In this document: positions 50,419-61,535 of the stretch, in pieces
How the letters are laid out: every line of letters begins with the position of its first letter
Position numbering within the stretch: the stretch's first letter is position 1
Source of the DNA: Planctomycetota bacterium
Lineage (GTDB): Bacteria; Planctomycetota; GCA-002687715; CAIWVZ01
DNA: 64,000 nucleotides
Reading direction: 5' to 3'
Assembly (NCBI GenBank): GCA_044222185.1
Contig: JBGANV010000011.1
Span: 96,001 to 160,000 of the forward strand
Made by a program: the position numbers and the translations under genes
The notes under the pieces: model-generated
Told to the model about the DNA's origin: nothing
The model's input: the letters and a program-made list of their open reading frames with translations, nothing else
Databases searched by the model: none

Positions 50419-50594
50419 GAACGCAGTCTACGCATGCGGAACGGATCATTCGGTGAACGCGACCGAGGACGCAACAAGTGCGGCGAACGAAGCCTCGCGG
50501 ACGGTGCGGGACGCGGCGCGTCCGCCGGATGGCCGCGTATCACGGGGCAGCGCCCTTCCGAGCCATCGGGCGACGGCAACCTCGGGCTGACGGA

Positions 50595-51833
50595 TCAGCG
50601 AGTCGCACGAGACGTCGGCCGACTCACCGGTTGACGCGCGGCGAGGAAGTCGAGCCAGCGGGTCGCGAATGCGGCGACGTCGGCCCGGGAGCGGGATTCC
50701 TCTGGCGCGAGCTTCGGCCCGTCCGGGTGAAGCCCGATCAACGTCGCCTGCAGTTCGTCGAGGCTCGCGTATTCAGCCGCCTTCAGTCGTTCGAGCCCGA
50801 TGATGAGTTGCGACGTGTCACCGAGAGCCGCGAGCGTCACCAAGGCGAACGGCACCTGCGCGGCATCGATGGCGGCGATCCGGGCTCGAAGCCGTGGAAT
50901 CACCTGCGACGCGTCGAGCGTACGCATGGCCTCGATGGCGACGATTCCCTTCAGTCCGCGCCCCGACTCGTCGAGCAGGGCGGTGAGAAGCGCGACGGAC
51001 TCCGGGAAGCCGTGAGCTCCGATCGCCGCGATCGCGTCGATCGTGTCGTCACCCGCGAGATAGGGCTTCAGGCGCTCTGCCGTCGGTGCGAGCAGATTGT
51101 TCGCCGCCGACAACCTCCTGCGGGCGATCGCGTCGGCGGCCGTCTTCGGGAACAGATCGACGACTCTCTGGTACTGAGCGTGCGCGTCGTCTGCGCGGTC
51201 GTTCAACTCGAGCAGCAGCCCGTGACGCAAGTGGAGCGCGCAGACGTTCTTCGAATGAAGCGCGAACTGCACGTTCGCGACGGCCCTCTCATGGGCGGCG
51301 AGCGCCTCTGCGAACTGCCCCTTCTTCTGGAGGATCGCGGAGCGGCGCGTGTCGACGGCGAGACTGACCGTCGCGACCCAATTCCCGCATCCGCCGCCGG
51401 CCCTGATTCGGTCGAGGGCCTTCATCGCGCCATCGAGGTCGCCGCTGATCTCGCGGAGGATCGCCCCTCCCACACCCGACGCCGATGCCACGAAGTAGAT
51501 CCGTTCGGAATCTCCTCGAGGTGGTGCCGCGGCAGCCTTCGCCAGCGCCTGAACGTCGGCCCAGCCCTTGACGTTGTCGGGGGGAACACCGAAGGACGGC
51601 TCGAACAGGTCGATCCTTGCAGCGAGCGCGGTGAGCCCCTGCATCGACGTCTCGAAGTCCGGAATCCTCGTGCCCACCACGCCGGGAGGGTGCTCGAAGG
51701 AGCCGACGCACGCGGACAGCTCCGCGAGGATCGCAGCAATCTCGGCTTCAGCCGCCTTGCTGCCTGCCTGTGCCGTCGCCACGTCGGCGGCTCCCATCAA
51801 CAGCAGGCAAACGGACGCGTACTTCAGGCTCAT
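50595..51833 (-). CDS. Exported TPR/HEAT-repeat hypothetical protein
   Basis: RBS GGGAG; signal ...DVATA|Q; GGCGN motif, YQRVVDLFPKT TPR-like, HEAT-like helices. Confidence 0.7.
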   Translation of the reverse strand: MSLKYASVCLLLMGAADVATAQAGSKAAEAEIAAILAELSACVGSFEHPPGVVGTRIPDFETSMQGLTALAARIDLFEPSFGVPPDNVKGWADVQALAKAAAAPPRGDSERIYFVASASGVGGAILREISGDLDGAMKALDRIRAGGGCGNWVATVSLAVDTRRSAILQKKGQFAEALAAHERAVANVQFALHSKNVCALHLRHGLLLELNDRADDAHAQYQRVVDLFPKTAADAIARRRLSAANNLLAPTAERLKPYLAGDDTIDAIAAIGAHGFPESVALLTALLDESGRGLKGIVAIEAMRTLDASQVIPRLRARIAAIDAAQVPFALVTLAALGDTSQLIIGLERLKAAEYASLDELQATLIGLHPDGPKLAPEESRSRADVAAFATRWLDFLAARQPVSRPTSRATR

Positions 51834-52213
51834 CGGAGCTCCCGTCAAAGGACTGCCATGTTCCAGCCGCGCAGTATCGCGCGGGTGGAGCGGGTCACCG
51901 CTCCGACAGCAACCACGGCCGAACGGACGATTACTTAGATTCGCGCACGCTGATGCGTACCGCGAGCCTGGGCTGCCGACGTCATCGAAGACGGCGAACG
52001 CACGACCGCGGCGATCGAGTCTCACGCCGTCGGGGTCAGTCCGACGGCTCACTTCGCCCACGACGCGTCCGCTCCGGCCGCCGGACCCGCTTCGCGCGCA
52101 CCGTCGACCGCCGCATCACGCGGCCGCCGAGCTTCCCGGTTCGGTGTACGGGCGCATTCCGCGTACGACGCGCCTCCAGGCCGCGACCCGTCGCTCGGTA
52201 CGCCCCCTTTGGG

Positions 52214-52981
52214 CTACGCCGAGAAGTGGCCCGCCGTGAACCACAGGCTTCGTTTGAATCGATCGAGCGCCGCGTCGAGCCATGACGCGTGACGGGGGTG
52301 AACGACGATGGCATAGGCCCGGGGGGAAATCCTCCGGTATCGGACGACGCTGACGGTCGCGGGCGCGCAAGCCTGATCGAGGCGCTGCTTGAGATTCCTT
52401 GCCTGCGCGCCGTGCGGCATCGAGCGATCGAAATGGTGATAGAGAACGGCACTCGCGCCCTGGCCGACGATCGCGGACGCCTCCGCATGGAGCATGTGCT
52501 TGGGCGACGGGCGGCTTTCGTTGTCGAAGCCGGACCGTGCCATGCCGTTGTCGGGGTCGCAGCAGATGAGATCGGAGCCTGCAACCTCGAACATCGCCCG
52601 CCGGAACCACTCGCTCCGCTCCGAGACGACTCGACGCCTGGGCGTGCGTGCTGAGTAGAAGCACGTCCCCTGCGGCCACGGTGCCAACCGCTCGAGGGCC
52701 GCGATCGAGCGCGCGCCTCCACGCGCGACCGCCTCCCGAAATGCGTCGAAAAGCTCGGGGTCGCAGCGTCGAATGGCTTCGCTCGCCTTGGAGAGACCGT
52801 GGGACCGCGACTCCGCAAGATAGGTCACGTGCTTGCCGTCGTTGCGATCGACCTCTCTCCCATCGGGCTCATTGGCATACCAGATGACCCCGAGGCGGCG
52901 CTCCGCCGCGGTGGCCATCAGGGCGCGCAGAAGCCCGCACTTCGAGAAGTCTCCGATGTCGAACGCGTAACGGTCCTGCAT
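52214..52981 (-). CDS. Conserved hypothetical protein, possible methyltransferase-like fold
   Basis: MQDRY..DIGDF.K.GLLR.L, VIWY, NDG....YL, DP.LF, R..WF, DL...DPDNG, KH, YHH. Confidence 0.75.
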   Translation of the reverse strand: MQDRYAFDIGDFSKCGLLRALMATAAERRLGVIWYANEPDGREVDRNDGKHVTYLAESRSHGLSKASEAIRRCDPELFDAFREAVARGGARSIAALERLAPWPQGTCFYSARTPRRRVVSERSEWFRRAMFEVAGSDLICCDPDNGMARSGFDNESRPSPKHMLHAEASAIVGQGASAVLYHHFDRSMPHGAQARNLKQRLDQACAPATVSVVRYRRISPRAYAIVVHPRHASWLDAALDRFKRSLWFTAGHFSA

Positions 52982-54292
52982 CGCCGCGAGCCTATCGAAT
53001 CCGCGCGCGACGTCGATCCAGGTCGCGGACATCTGGTCCCGACGCCGGGACCTCGCTCCATCGCGGCAGGATTCAGTTTCCGACGGTCACACGAAGGCCT
53101 TGGGTGAGCGAAGCCCCTCCGCTTGCTGACGGGTCGAGGATTCCCGCCTGCGCGAAGAACGTCATTCCGGCCGTGAAGGCATCCAGTGGGAACGTGAACC
53201 ACCACGATCCGACGCCTGCCGTCCACGCTGTTCCTCCCGTGTGCAGCGGCCAGTCGACGAGAGGTGTGATCAGCAGCGCGCCGCCGAGGTTCCTTTGAAA
53301 CGTGGTCGGTCAGCCGCTCGCCGTTCGCCGCAGCCCGACGACGCCATCCAGTGCCGGTGATCGACGACTGCGAGCGGACGCGGCCGCCGCATGCCCGAGG
53401 CCGGGCCGGCTCCACTCGCCGGCACTCCGGAGCAATCACGGGAGAGCTTGCGATTCCTCCCGAGATCGGCTTCGAGAGACGTCTGCCCAGGCACACGATG
53501 ACCCCGCCGAGGTCGCCCTCGTTCGTCCATCCCTTCGCACCTGGACCCCGGGACCCCGCCGTAGGCCACGAGGTCGCCACAGTCGCGCGATTCCCGCTTC
53601 TGCACCACGAACAAGATCACCAACACTCTTGCCTCGACGCGCCCGCCAGCCCGGGGGGGGGCATGCGGTCCGTCGCAGGACCCGATACACGTCGTGGATT
53701 GGAGAGGCAGGACCTGATTGCCGGTCGTTGCTGCAACCCCACTGCGCTCGGTGACACCACCAACGCGGCTGCGGTTCGGATTGATCCTGAGAAGACGCGG
53801 AAGTCGCACCGAAGACCGTCTTCGCCGCCGAGGCGGGATGCGAGCGAACACGCCTCCGAGAGCAGTCGCTCGGATTTCACACGCTGAACCCACGGGCTTG
53901 TCGCGACCGTCTCCGCGTGATGACCTCACCATCGGCGGCCGGACACCGGAGCGTGCGGCTGAGAGACACGCATGACCTCACCTCGCCGCCAGCGGCCCGC
54001 GCGGCTGGCCCACGGCACGGCACACGGGCGGGTGCGGCGAGCGTTCGCCCGCAGGCTGAACGGAAGGTCTGGGCGTCGCACCGGTATCCCCTGGCCCGCG
54101 CGACGACGCCTCACGCGTTCACCTTCGGCAATGGTGGGGACCGGCGACGTCATGACGAGCGAAACTGCGAAGGAACGATCAGATCGCCCATGCTGCGCGA
54201 TCACTGGTAGTTCAGACCCCTGGTACTATCGGACCCCAGCCGTCGTCGAACGACTGCCATCGCCCATCTCACCGAATACACGGAACGGAGGC

Positions 54293-54580
54293 ATGATCAT
54301 GAATGCAGGCGCAGGTGCAGCGGCGGCGGCAGCGGCCGCAATCGCCCAGGCCATCAAAGCATCCGGCACGATCGTTCGGGTCGCGCCGGAGGAATTCGTG
54401 AGGATCCTCGGACGGCAACAGGAGCCCTTGGTCGTCCGCGCAACCGGCGGCTTCTTTGGCACCAGCTTCCAGTACCTCTCGAGTTACAAGGGCCTCGCGT
54501 TCTTCACGAAATCTCCAACGACGCTCAGTCTGCCGACCCGGTGCGAGATCATCGACTCCGAAAAGATCTGGATTCCTTGA
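54293..54580 (+). CDS. Small conserved hypothetical protein (poly-Ala N-terminus)
   Basis: RBS GGAGG; AIAQAIKASG.IV.V....F..IL......LVV...GG.F.....YL..YKGL.F.TKS...IWIP. Confidence 0.85.
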   Translation: MIMNAGAGAAAAAAAAIAQAIKASGTIVRVAPEEFVRILGRQQEPLVVRATGGFFGTSFQYLSSYKGLAFFTKSPTTLSLPTRCEIIDSEKIWIP

Positions 54581-55124
54581 TAGGGCGGAGCCCGTATCCA
54601 GCCGCTCCTCGTCGCGAGTTGCGCCGCGCGACGACGGTCCACCGCGACGGGACGATGTCCCCCGAGCATCATTGGGACGCTCGAAACTCGAGGCAGAGGA
54701 GATGCCACGACGCGGGCGGACGGGACCACGACCCGAGCCGGCTCCGACGCCGCAGTCGCGGCGATCCAGCCCGCTCCGCGGCAGCTTCCGCCGACTTCTG
54801 CGTACCGATCGCGCCACAGGTGGAATCGCACGCCCCAAGCCCCGCGGCGTGTTCGGATGAGCTGTGACTTCAAGTCGAGCGCAACGGCGCGGTTGGGTCC
54901 GCACGCGTTTCGACGCCCGGACGGCGTCGACGTTCGGCCCGGTTCGCACACCAAACGGATTCGCTCGCGGCGACCTCCGCTCCGTAGCCCTGAGACTGCG
55001 ATCCGCCGGCGCGGCTGATACCCACAGGAGCTACGTCGGCGGGCGACCGTGACGCCATAGGATCCGTGTGCACCGGGCCAGTCCAGTGGTGGACTGTCCA
55101 TCTCGAGGCATAGGGGTAACCACC

Positions 55125-56267
55125 ATGAAACCGATCGTCCGACTCGCAATTGCTGCGGCGGTCATTGGCGCCGCGGTTCCATCGCAATCTCTCGTCTTGT
55201 GGAACACGCTTGACAGCGACGCGGCTGCGCTCTCGAGCGTCGTCGGCCCACCGCTCACCTTCTTCACAGGCGGAGCGCCCTATCCCTCCGTCATCGGGAC
55301 GCGCACCTACGTGCCTGGAGTGGCAGGTAACGCGCTGACGCTGGGTCCCGCACCCTATCTCGCCGGAGTTCGCGCGCAGGTCCTCACGCTCATGAACCCG
55401 GGAGCAGTGCTCAACCCGGAGAGAGGCACGATCGAAGCGTGGTATCTGACACGCGAAGAGTCGATGCCCTATTACAACAACTCGCACTGCATGTTCGGCT
55501 CGATGCGTGAATGCGGTTTCGAGGCAGGAATCGTCCTGGCGACGTCGAACGTCTCCGGAGCACCGCAAGGAACGCGGCTCTACTTCATGATCGAGGCGTG
55601 TGGAACCCCGGTCGACGTGTACTCCCTCTTCGACGGCGCGCAGGGGTTCGCCATCGGAGGGCTCACCAATCGCTGGTTGCACGTTGCAGCCTGCTGGGAC
55701 CGGCTCGGCATCGCCGGCACGCAGCACACGATGCGTCTGTATCTGAACGGACGGGTGGTCGCGGTGAGCATGGACCCGAGTTGGGGTCACCAATTCGGCT
55801 GGGGCGCCACCGTCGGAGGAGCCAGCGACTCACACATCGCCCGGAAGTTCCTCGTCGATGAACTGAAGCTATGGGACGGGGCCAAGACCCAGTTCGGTCT
55901 CGACCTCGGGCTGTATGCGGCGCAGCTCGACGGTGCAGGTTCGGCCATCCTCGTGAACTGCACGGGAAAGCCCGGGTGGAAGTACTTCACGGCAATCACC
56001 GGTGATCCCGCGAACGGCGGCGCCGGATTGGGGACCGGCCCATGGGGCGGGTTGCATATCTCCCCCGGTGAACTGTTGCTCGAGTGGTCGACGCAGCAGC
56101 CGCCATTCGTTGGATTCTTGGATGCGTGGGGGGACTCCTCCTTCGTGCTGCCGGCAGGAACCCTGAACGCGCTCTCCGGCGTCGACCTCTATCTCGTGAG
56201 TCACATGCTCAATCCCTGGGGCGGCGTCGAGGAAGCATCGGCACCAGTTCACATCCGGTTGAACTGA
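55125..56267 (+). CDS. Exported LamG/concanavalin-like protein plus C-terminal module (type A)
   Basis: Signal AVPS|Q; GTIEAWY, WLHVAACWD, MRLYLNG, VDELKLWD; tail G.GPWGGLHI..PPFVGFLD..G.SSFVLP. Confidence 0.85.
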   Translation: MKPIVRLAIAAAVIGAAVPSQSLVLWNTLDSDAAALSSVVGPPLTFFTGGAPYPSVIGTRTYVPGVAGNALTLGPAPYLAGVRAQVLTLMNPGAVLNPERGTIEAWYLTREESMPYYNNSHCMFGSMRECGFEAGIVLATSNVSGAPQGTRLYFMIEACGTPVDVYSLFDGAQGFAIGGLTNRWLHVAACWDRLGIAGTQHTMRLYLNGRVVAVSMDPSWGHQFGWGATVGGASDSHIARKFLVDELKLWDGAKTQFGLDLGLYAAQLDGAGSAILVNCTGKPGWKYFTAITGDPANGGAGLGTGPWGGLHISPGELLLEWSTQQPPFVGFLDAWGDSSFVLPAGTLNALSGVDLYLVSHMLNPWGGVEEASAPVHIRLN

Positions 56268-56739
56268 CGCGGACCAGCGGTCCACGGCGCACGTGCCACC
56301 ATCCACGCGGAACGGCTTGGAGTGTGAATGCGCCATCTCGCTGGCCGTGCGACACCGGCGGCGCCGAACCACCGCCCGTTCGATCGCATGAGGTCTGTCT
56401 CTTTCGTTGGGTCTTCGAGCGTCGGAAGACTCGGCGCTCGAACCGCATCGGGCCGCCAGGCGGGCTGGCGGCTGGCGACCGACATCCGGCAGACCAAACC
56501 GGGGCGCAGCCCTATCACGCTGGCTGCAAAGCTGGCACGACGGCGCCGCCGCGTCGCGAGCTGGAAGTCGTCATCCCCGCGAAAGACGCGATGCCCCCGT
56601 GTCTCGCACGACGGTCGGTCGCCCGACATCGCGGCGCGCGGATGCCCGCAACTCGTCGCCTGGCCGACGCGCGCGCTCGCGCGGGCCGTTGGGACCGGCT
56701 CGAGGAAGAGCGACCGGTCCCGGTCACGCCGCTTGCTCG

Positions 56740-57864
56740 TCAGTAAACCGAAAACCTCACCGCAGGCGACATCGGTCCGACGACGCCGCCCGTCACGTCG
56801 ACGCAGATCGACTCGAATGTCAGGCCGATCGGCTCGAAGTGCGGGCCGAACACCGCCGTCACGCCCGGTGCGACGAAATGGACCGGCACTGCACCCACCG
56901 GCAGCTGGAGCTGGAAGATCAGAAACGACAGATCGCTGAAATAGAGCCCGCCCCACGGTCCGGTACCAAGTCCGTTGGGGGCCCAGTCGCCACTGAACAG
57001 GTTGAAGTACTCATGGCCCGCCACGAGATTCGAGCTCGTCCCGTAGAGGGCCGTGCCCGAGCCGCCGGGTTGATGGAAGGTGGCGCGTGGTTCGATCGGC
57101 AGCTTCGCCCGATCCCATGCCTTCAGCTCGTCCACGTAGAACTTGCCCGCGATGTCCCAATCTCTCCCGCCTGCCACGGCAGCCACGGGCCCAAACGATG
57201 GCCCCCAACTCGCGGCGACGGTCTTTGCCACGAGCTCACCGTTGACATAAAGACGCACCCGGTCGGCGGTCCCAGCGATCCCTGCGCGATCCCACACGGC
57301 GGCGAAATGAATCCATTGGTTGAGCATGTTCACCAACGGATGACCCGGGAGCCCATCGACGATCGACATGGCGTCGACGGAGGCGCCGCAGAGCTTGATC
57401 GTGAACACCACACGTGCCGTGCTCCAGAACTCGGGATGATTCACATACAACGCCATCCCTGCCTCGTAGGCGCATTCCTGCGACTGCCCGAACAGCATCT
57501 GAGCGTTGTTCACATAGGGTGCGAGTTCTTGCTTGCTGAGGTACCAGACCTCGATCGTCCCGTGCTCGGGATTCAGCACGGCTCCCGGGTTCGGGAGTTC
57601 GATGGCGTGGGCCGGCATGTTGGATTCATAGGGTCCAGGGCCGAGTGTGAACGCGCTCGAAGAAACCCCCGGCACGTAAGCCCGCGTCGCGACGATCGTC
57701 GCGTAAGGGCGGTTACCTCCCGCGTAGAAGACGAGCGGCGGGCCGACGACGCTGTTCAGCACTGCCACATCGCTGTCGAGCGTATTGTGGAGAACGAGCG
57801 TCTGCGCGGCACCGCCTGAAGCGATCATCAAAGCGCACAAGCCGATCAACAGGGGCGCTCTCAT
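56740..57864 (-). CDS. Exported LamG-like paralog plus variant C-terminal module
   Basis: Signal GGAAA|Q; GTIEVWY, WIHFAAVWD, RLYVNG, VDELKAWD; tail QPGGSG..EYFN...GLGTGPWGGL. Confidence 0.85.
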   Translation of the reverse strand: MRAPLLIGLCALMIASGGAAQTLVLHNTLDSDVAVLNSVVGPPLVFYAGGNRPYATIVATRAYVPGVSSSAFTLGPGPYESNMPAHAIELPNPGAVLNPEHGTIEVWYLSKQELAPYVNNAQMLFGQSQECAYEAGMALYVNHPEFWSTARVVFTIKLCGASVDAMSIVDGLPGHPLVNMLNQWIHFAAVWDRAGIAGTADRVRLYVNGELVAKTVAASWGPSFGPVAAVAGGRDWDIAGKFYVDELKAWDRAKLPIEPRATFHQPGGSGTALYGTSSNLVAGHEYFNLFSGDWAPNGLGTGPWGGLYFSDLSFLIFQLQLPVGAVPVHFVAPGVTAVFGPHFEPIGLTFESICVDVTGGVVGPMSPAVRFSVY

Positions 57865-58260
57865 GGTCGTGTCTCCGTTTCTCCGCGGCGTCTCAAAGGT
57901 CGCGGGGCCGCCTCATGCCCGTCGCACGAGGCCGGGGCCCCAGAGCACGTGGCGGCTCGGCCCATTCAGGCCGCGGTCGGCTCACCAAGCCTGGGCAGAG
58001 CCCGTGGCGCGATCACTCCGTACGAGTGCGGAACCTACGCGCGCTGCACGACGGTTGGCGCCCGCAGTCGTGGGCAGTCCGCATGACACGGAGTCGCCGC
58101 CAGCGGGCGCGATCGAAGCGAGAGCGGTTCTCGCGTGCAACTGCGACGACGAAGCTCCGGACGTCGGGAATGGCCGAGCGGAGTCGTCGTGATGAACGCA
58201 GGCTGCTCTTGCCGACTCGATTCGACCGAGCGCCTTCACTGAACCAGCGCCGCCCTGACG

Positions 58261-61200
58261 TCAGCGAACGGCTCCAACCACGCCGAGGTGGCGGTCGAAC
58301 CACGGCAACGCGTGCGCGAACTTCACGGCGGGCGACAGCATGTGGTGGCCGCCGGGATGCACGACGTGTTCCTTCACTTCGCTGCCGAGAAGATCGAACA
58401 TGGGCACCTGCGCCTCCTTCACCGGGTAGATGGGGTCGGCGTCGCCGTTCAACATCAGCACTGGCACCCGAACGTGAGGCAGATACTGCGGCCAGATGCG
58501 AAACACGTGTCTGGTGGACAGTGCGTTCGGCTCCAAGCCTCCAGCCTCGAACACGGCCGCGCGCACGCGCGGCTCGATCGCGAGCAGACTCCCGCCCCAC
58601 ATGGCACCGCGACTGAATCCGTAGTAGCCGATGCGTTCACCATCCAGGCCATTCCGTTGCACGACGTAGTCGACCGTTCGCATCAGATCCCGGCCGATCA
58701 ACAGCCTGAGATCCTCCGCCGCCTTCTCGTCGCGCGCGGAAAGCGCGAGTTCGCGCCGCTCGTAGGTGCCGGCGAACACGGGGCGCACGAGGGCGCGCCC
58801 ACTGCGCACGATGGCGTCGATCCCGTACTCCTGTGCGAGAGGCCGCATGCGCGGGAGCATCTGGGCGTCGGCCGGCGGCGCGTAGATGATCGCCTGATGG
58901 CCGCGCGCAGGCCGCGCGCCCTTCGGCAAGTAGAGGTGCACCGTGAGCCTTTCCTGACGGCCCCTCGCGTCGAAGTACGCCGCATCGAGTTGCGCCGTCA
59001 CGTGGTGCCATGCGCCCTCGTCGGTTTCCTCTTCGCTGACGTTCAGCGGCTTCGCGTGGTCGTAGTCGAAGCGATCCCGGACTGCGACTTCGAACGTGGC
59101 CTCATTGGCAAGCTGGGCGTGGGTGAGCGGTGCCGGCCACGTGCGTGTGGCGAGAGCTTCGAACGCCGCCGGCGGCCCGACTGCGTCGCCCAACTTCACG
59201 CAGCGAAAGCCCGTGTGCGCGTCGCGCTGAAGCGGCGAGCGGCGATCGAGCGTCAGAGGGATGTAGACCGGTTCCCCGCAGGCGCCTCCGAGCGCGAAGC
59301 GTTGACCATCGGCGGTGCCATTGATGCACCACTCGCGCGCATTGCCGGCGAGGCCGACCGTTCCGTAGAGGCCGACGTCGTGCAACGCCGTCACCGGCTG
59401 GAGACCGGCGCCGAAGTTCCACATTCGGACGAGATCGTCACCCCCGAGCACCACCGAGAACTCGGCCTGGCAGGCGAGCGCCCAGTGGTAAACGGTGGGA
59501 AGGCCCTTGCCGGCGAACCGCGCAAACGCCATGGCTTCGAACCAGCTCAAGCCCGTGACGGGGAGATCGCGCTCGCCTGCCGCAAACGAGCCGCGCCGCC
59601 AGTTAGCGGGGCCGGGTGACCCGGTCGAGTCGACGAGCAGAGGCCTCACCGCCTCCCACGTCGAGGGTGCGCCCTGTGCGTCGACGAACGGCAAATCGCC
59701 CCAGAATCGCGGTTCACCATAGCCGCCGCTGCGCACGAACCGCTCGTAGTCGCCATTGGTGACTTCGTGCCGATCGACGAGGAATGGCGCCAACTCCAGG
59801 TCGCGAAACACGACCACCTGCTCCATCCCCGGGCAGGCAGGCGCGCCGCCGCCGACGCGCACCATGTCCGGCGGAGTCGCGTCCTCCTCCTCCAGTTCGA
59901 AGTGGACGGACTGTGGCGGGCGGAGACCGACCACGTCGCGATAGCCGGATTTGCTCGCGCGCCACGCGAGCTCGCCGCGCGGCACGCGCAGGAGCCGCGC
60001 TCGATCGTTCGTGCGTATCACCGGCTGCCACGCGTCGTCCGCGCCATCCAGCCACCGGATCGAGACGTCCGCGCCTGGCGGATTCGAGGAAACGGTGCAG
60101 GTCTGCGCGCATTGCTCCCACAACTCGGGCAAGCTCGCATGATCCGGCAAGAGCACGCTGATGTCCTCGAGCAGGCGGAATGCCGCACGGTAGTCACCGC
60201 GCCGGATCGCCCGCTGCACGTCGGGAATGCGATCCATCGCGGCACGCTCCTGCTGGGCGCGATCGGCCGCGGCATGCATGGCGAGGCTGAGCCACCCGGC
60301 CGCAGCGAGGGACGCAACGCAGATCACGAGGAGGACCGAGACACGGTGCCGGCGCGCGAACTTCCGGAGTCGGTAGGCCAGCGACGGTGGGCCCGCAAGC
60401 ACGGGAGCGTCGGCGAGGTGGCGACGGACGTCAGCGGCCAACTCGCCCGCGGACTCGTAGCGGCGGTCCGGGTTCTTCTCGATGGCCCGCATCACGATCC
60501 AATCGAGATCTCCGCGGACGAGACGCCCAAGTCGCTTGACGGTGGTGCGGCGCGCGGTCGCGACATCCTCCGCGATGCGAGTGCTCGGCCGGCGTGCCTC
60601 GTCTTGTTCGAGGCGGCGCAGGCGCTCGATGGAGCTTCCATCGTCGTGCGGGCCTTTGGAGAACGGCGTCGCGCCGCAGAGCAGTTCGTAAAGCAGGACC
60701 CCGAGCGAGAAGATGTCGCTGCGGGTGTCGACGGCCGCCGTGCCCTTTGCCGCCTGCTCGGGACTCATGTAGTCGATCGTTCCGACGATCGCACCGTGCT
60801 GCGTGTGCACCGATATGTCGCCTGGCTGTGGCGAGATCGCCTTGGCGATGCCGAAGTCGATGACCTTCGCGGTATGCCGCCCGTCGGACTGCGTGACGAG
60901 CACATTCGACGGCTTGATGTCGCGGTGGATGATTCCCTGCTGGTGTGCGTGCTGTATGGCGGACAGACGGAGACGAACAGCTCGAGCCGTTCGCGCAGAG
61001 CCACACGCTGCGCGTCACAGTAGCGTGTGATCGATTCGCCACGCACGAGCTCCATCACGAAGTAGGGCCGTCCCGCCGGCGTCGCGCCCGCATCGAGAAC
61101 GCGAGCGATGTTCTCATGGTTCATTCGCGCGAGCGCCTGGCGCTCGGCCGCAAAACGCGCGACGACCTCGGCGCTGTCCATGCCGAACTTGATCAATTTG

Positions 61201-61520
61201 AGCGCGACCTGCCGTCGTACAGGCTTCTCCTGCTGCGCGAGCCAAACCGCGCCCATTCCGCCTTCGCCGATTCGTTCGAGCAGCACGTATGGGCCGACCT
61301 CGGCCCCTGCGACCTCGGTGACGGCCGATGATTCCACGTCGAGCTGCCCGATGATCGCGGGCTGATCGAGGAAGCTCCCCGCTTCGAGCATGCGCTGCAC
61401 CTGGTGAAGTAGCGATTGGTTCGCGCCGCACGCAGCTCGCAAGTACGCGGAACGCTCCTCTGACGACGCCAGGGCGCGCGCGTTGAAGAAGATCGACTCG
61501 AGGGAAGACGGGTTGCTCAT
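58261..61520 (-). pseudogene. Ser/Thr kinase - TM - PEGA-like - FGE-sulfatase - alpha/beta hydrolase gene with a 1-nt frameshift near 60961
   Basis: Frame 1: GEGGMG, VALK, HENIARV, LELFVSVC; after the shift AIQHAHQQGIIHRDIKPSN, DFG, YMSPEQ, HEVTN..Y, PV..LSWFEA.A, GNAREW, GFRC, GFSRG, NG..D, GGH. Could be a sequencing error. Confidence 0.85.
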
Positions 61521-61535
61521 GACGGCCGTTCACCA

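Noticed and set aside
54005-54076. attC-like sequence ending GGCTGAACGGAAGGTCTGGGCG
   Set aside because: Lacks GTTRRRY and RYYYAAC cores; next gene is more than 200 bp away
57899-57930. Partial match to the ECF motif (CGTCGCACG) on the plus strand
   Set aside because: Poor -35 box and no gene downstream in that orientation
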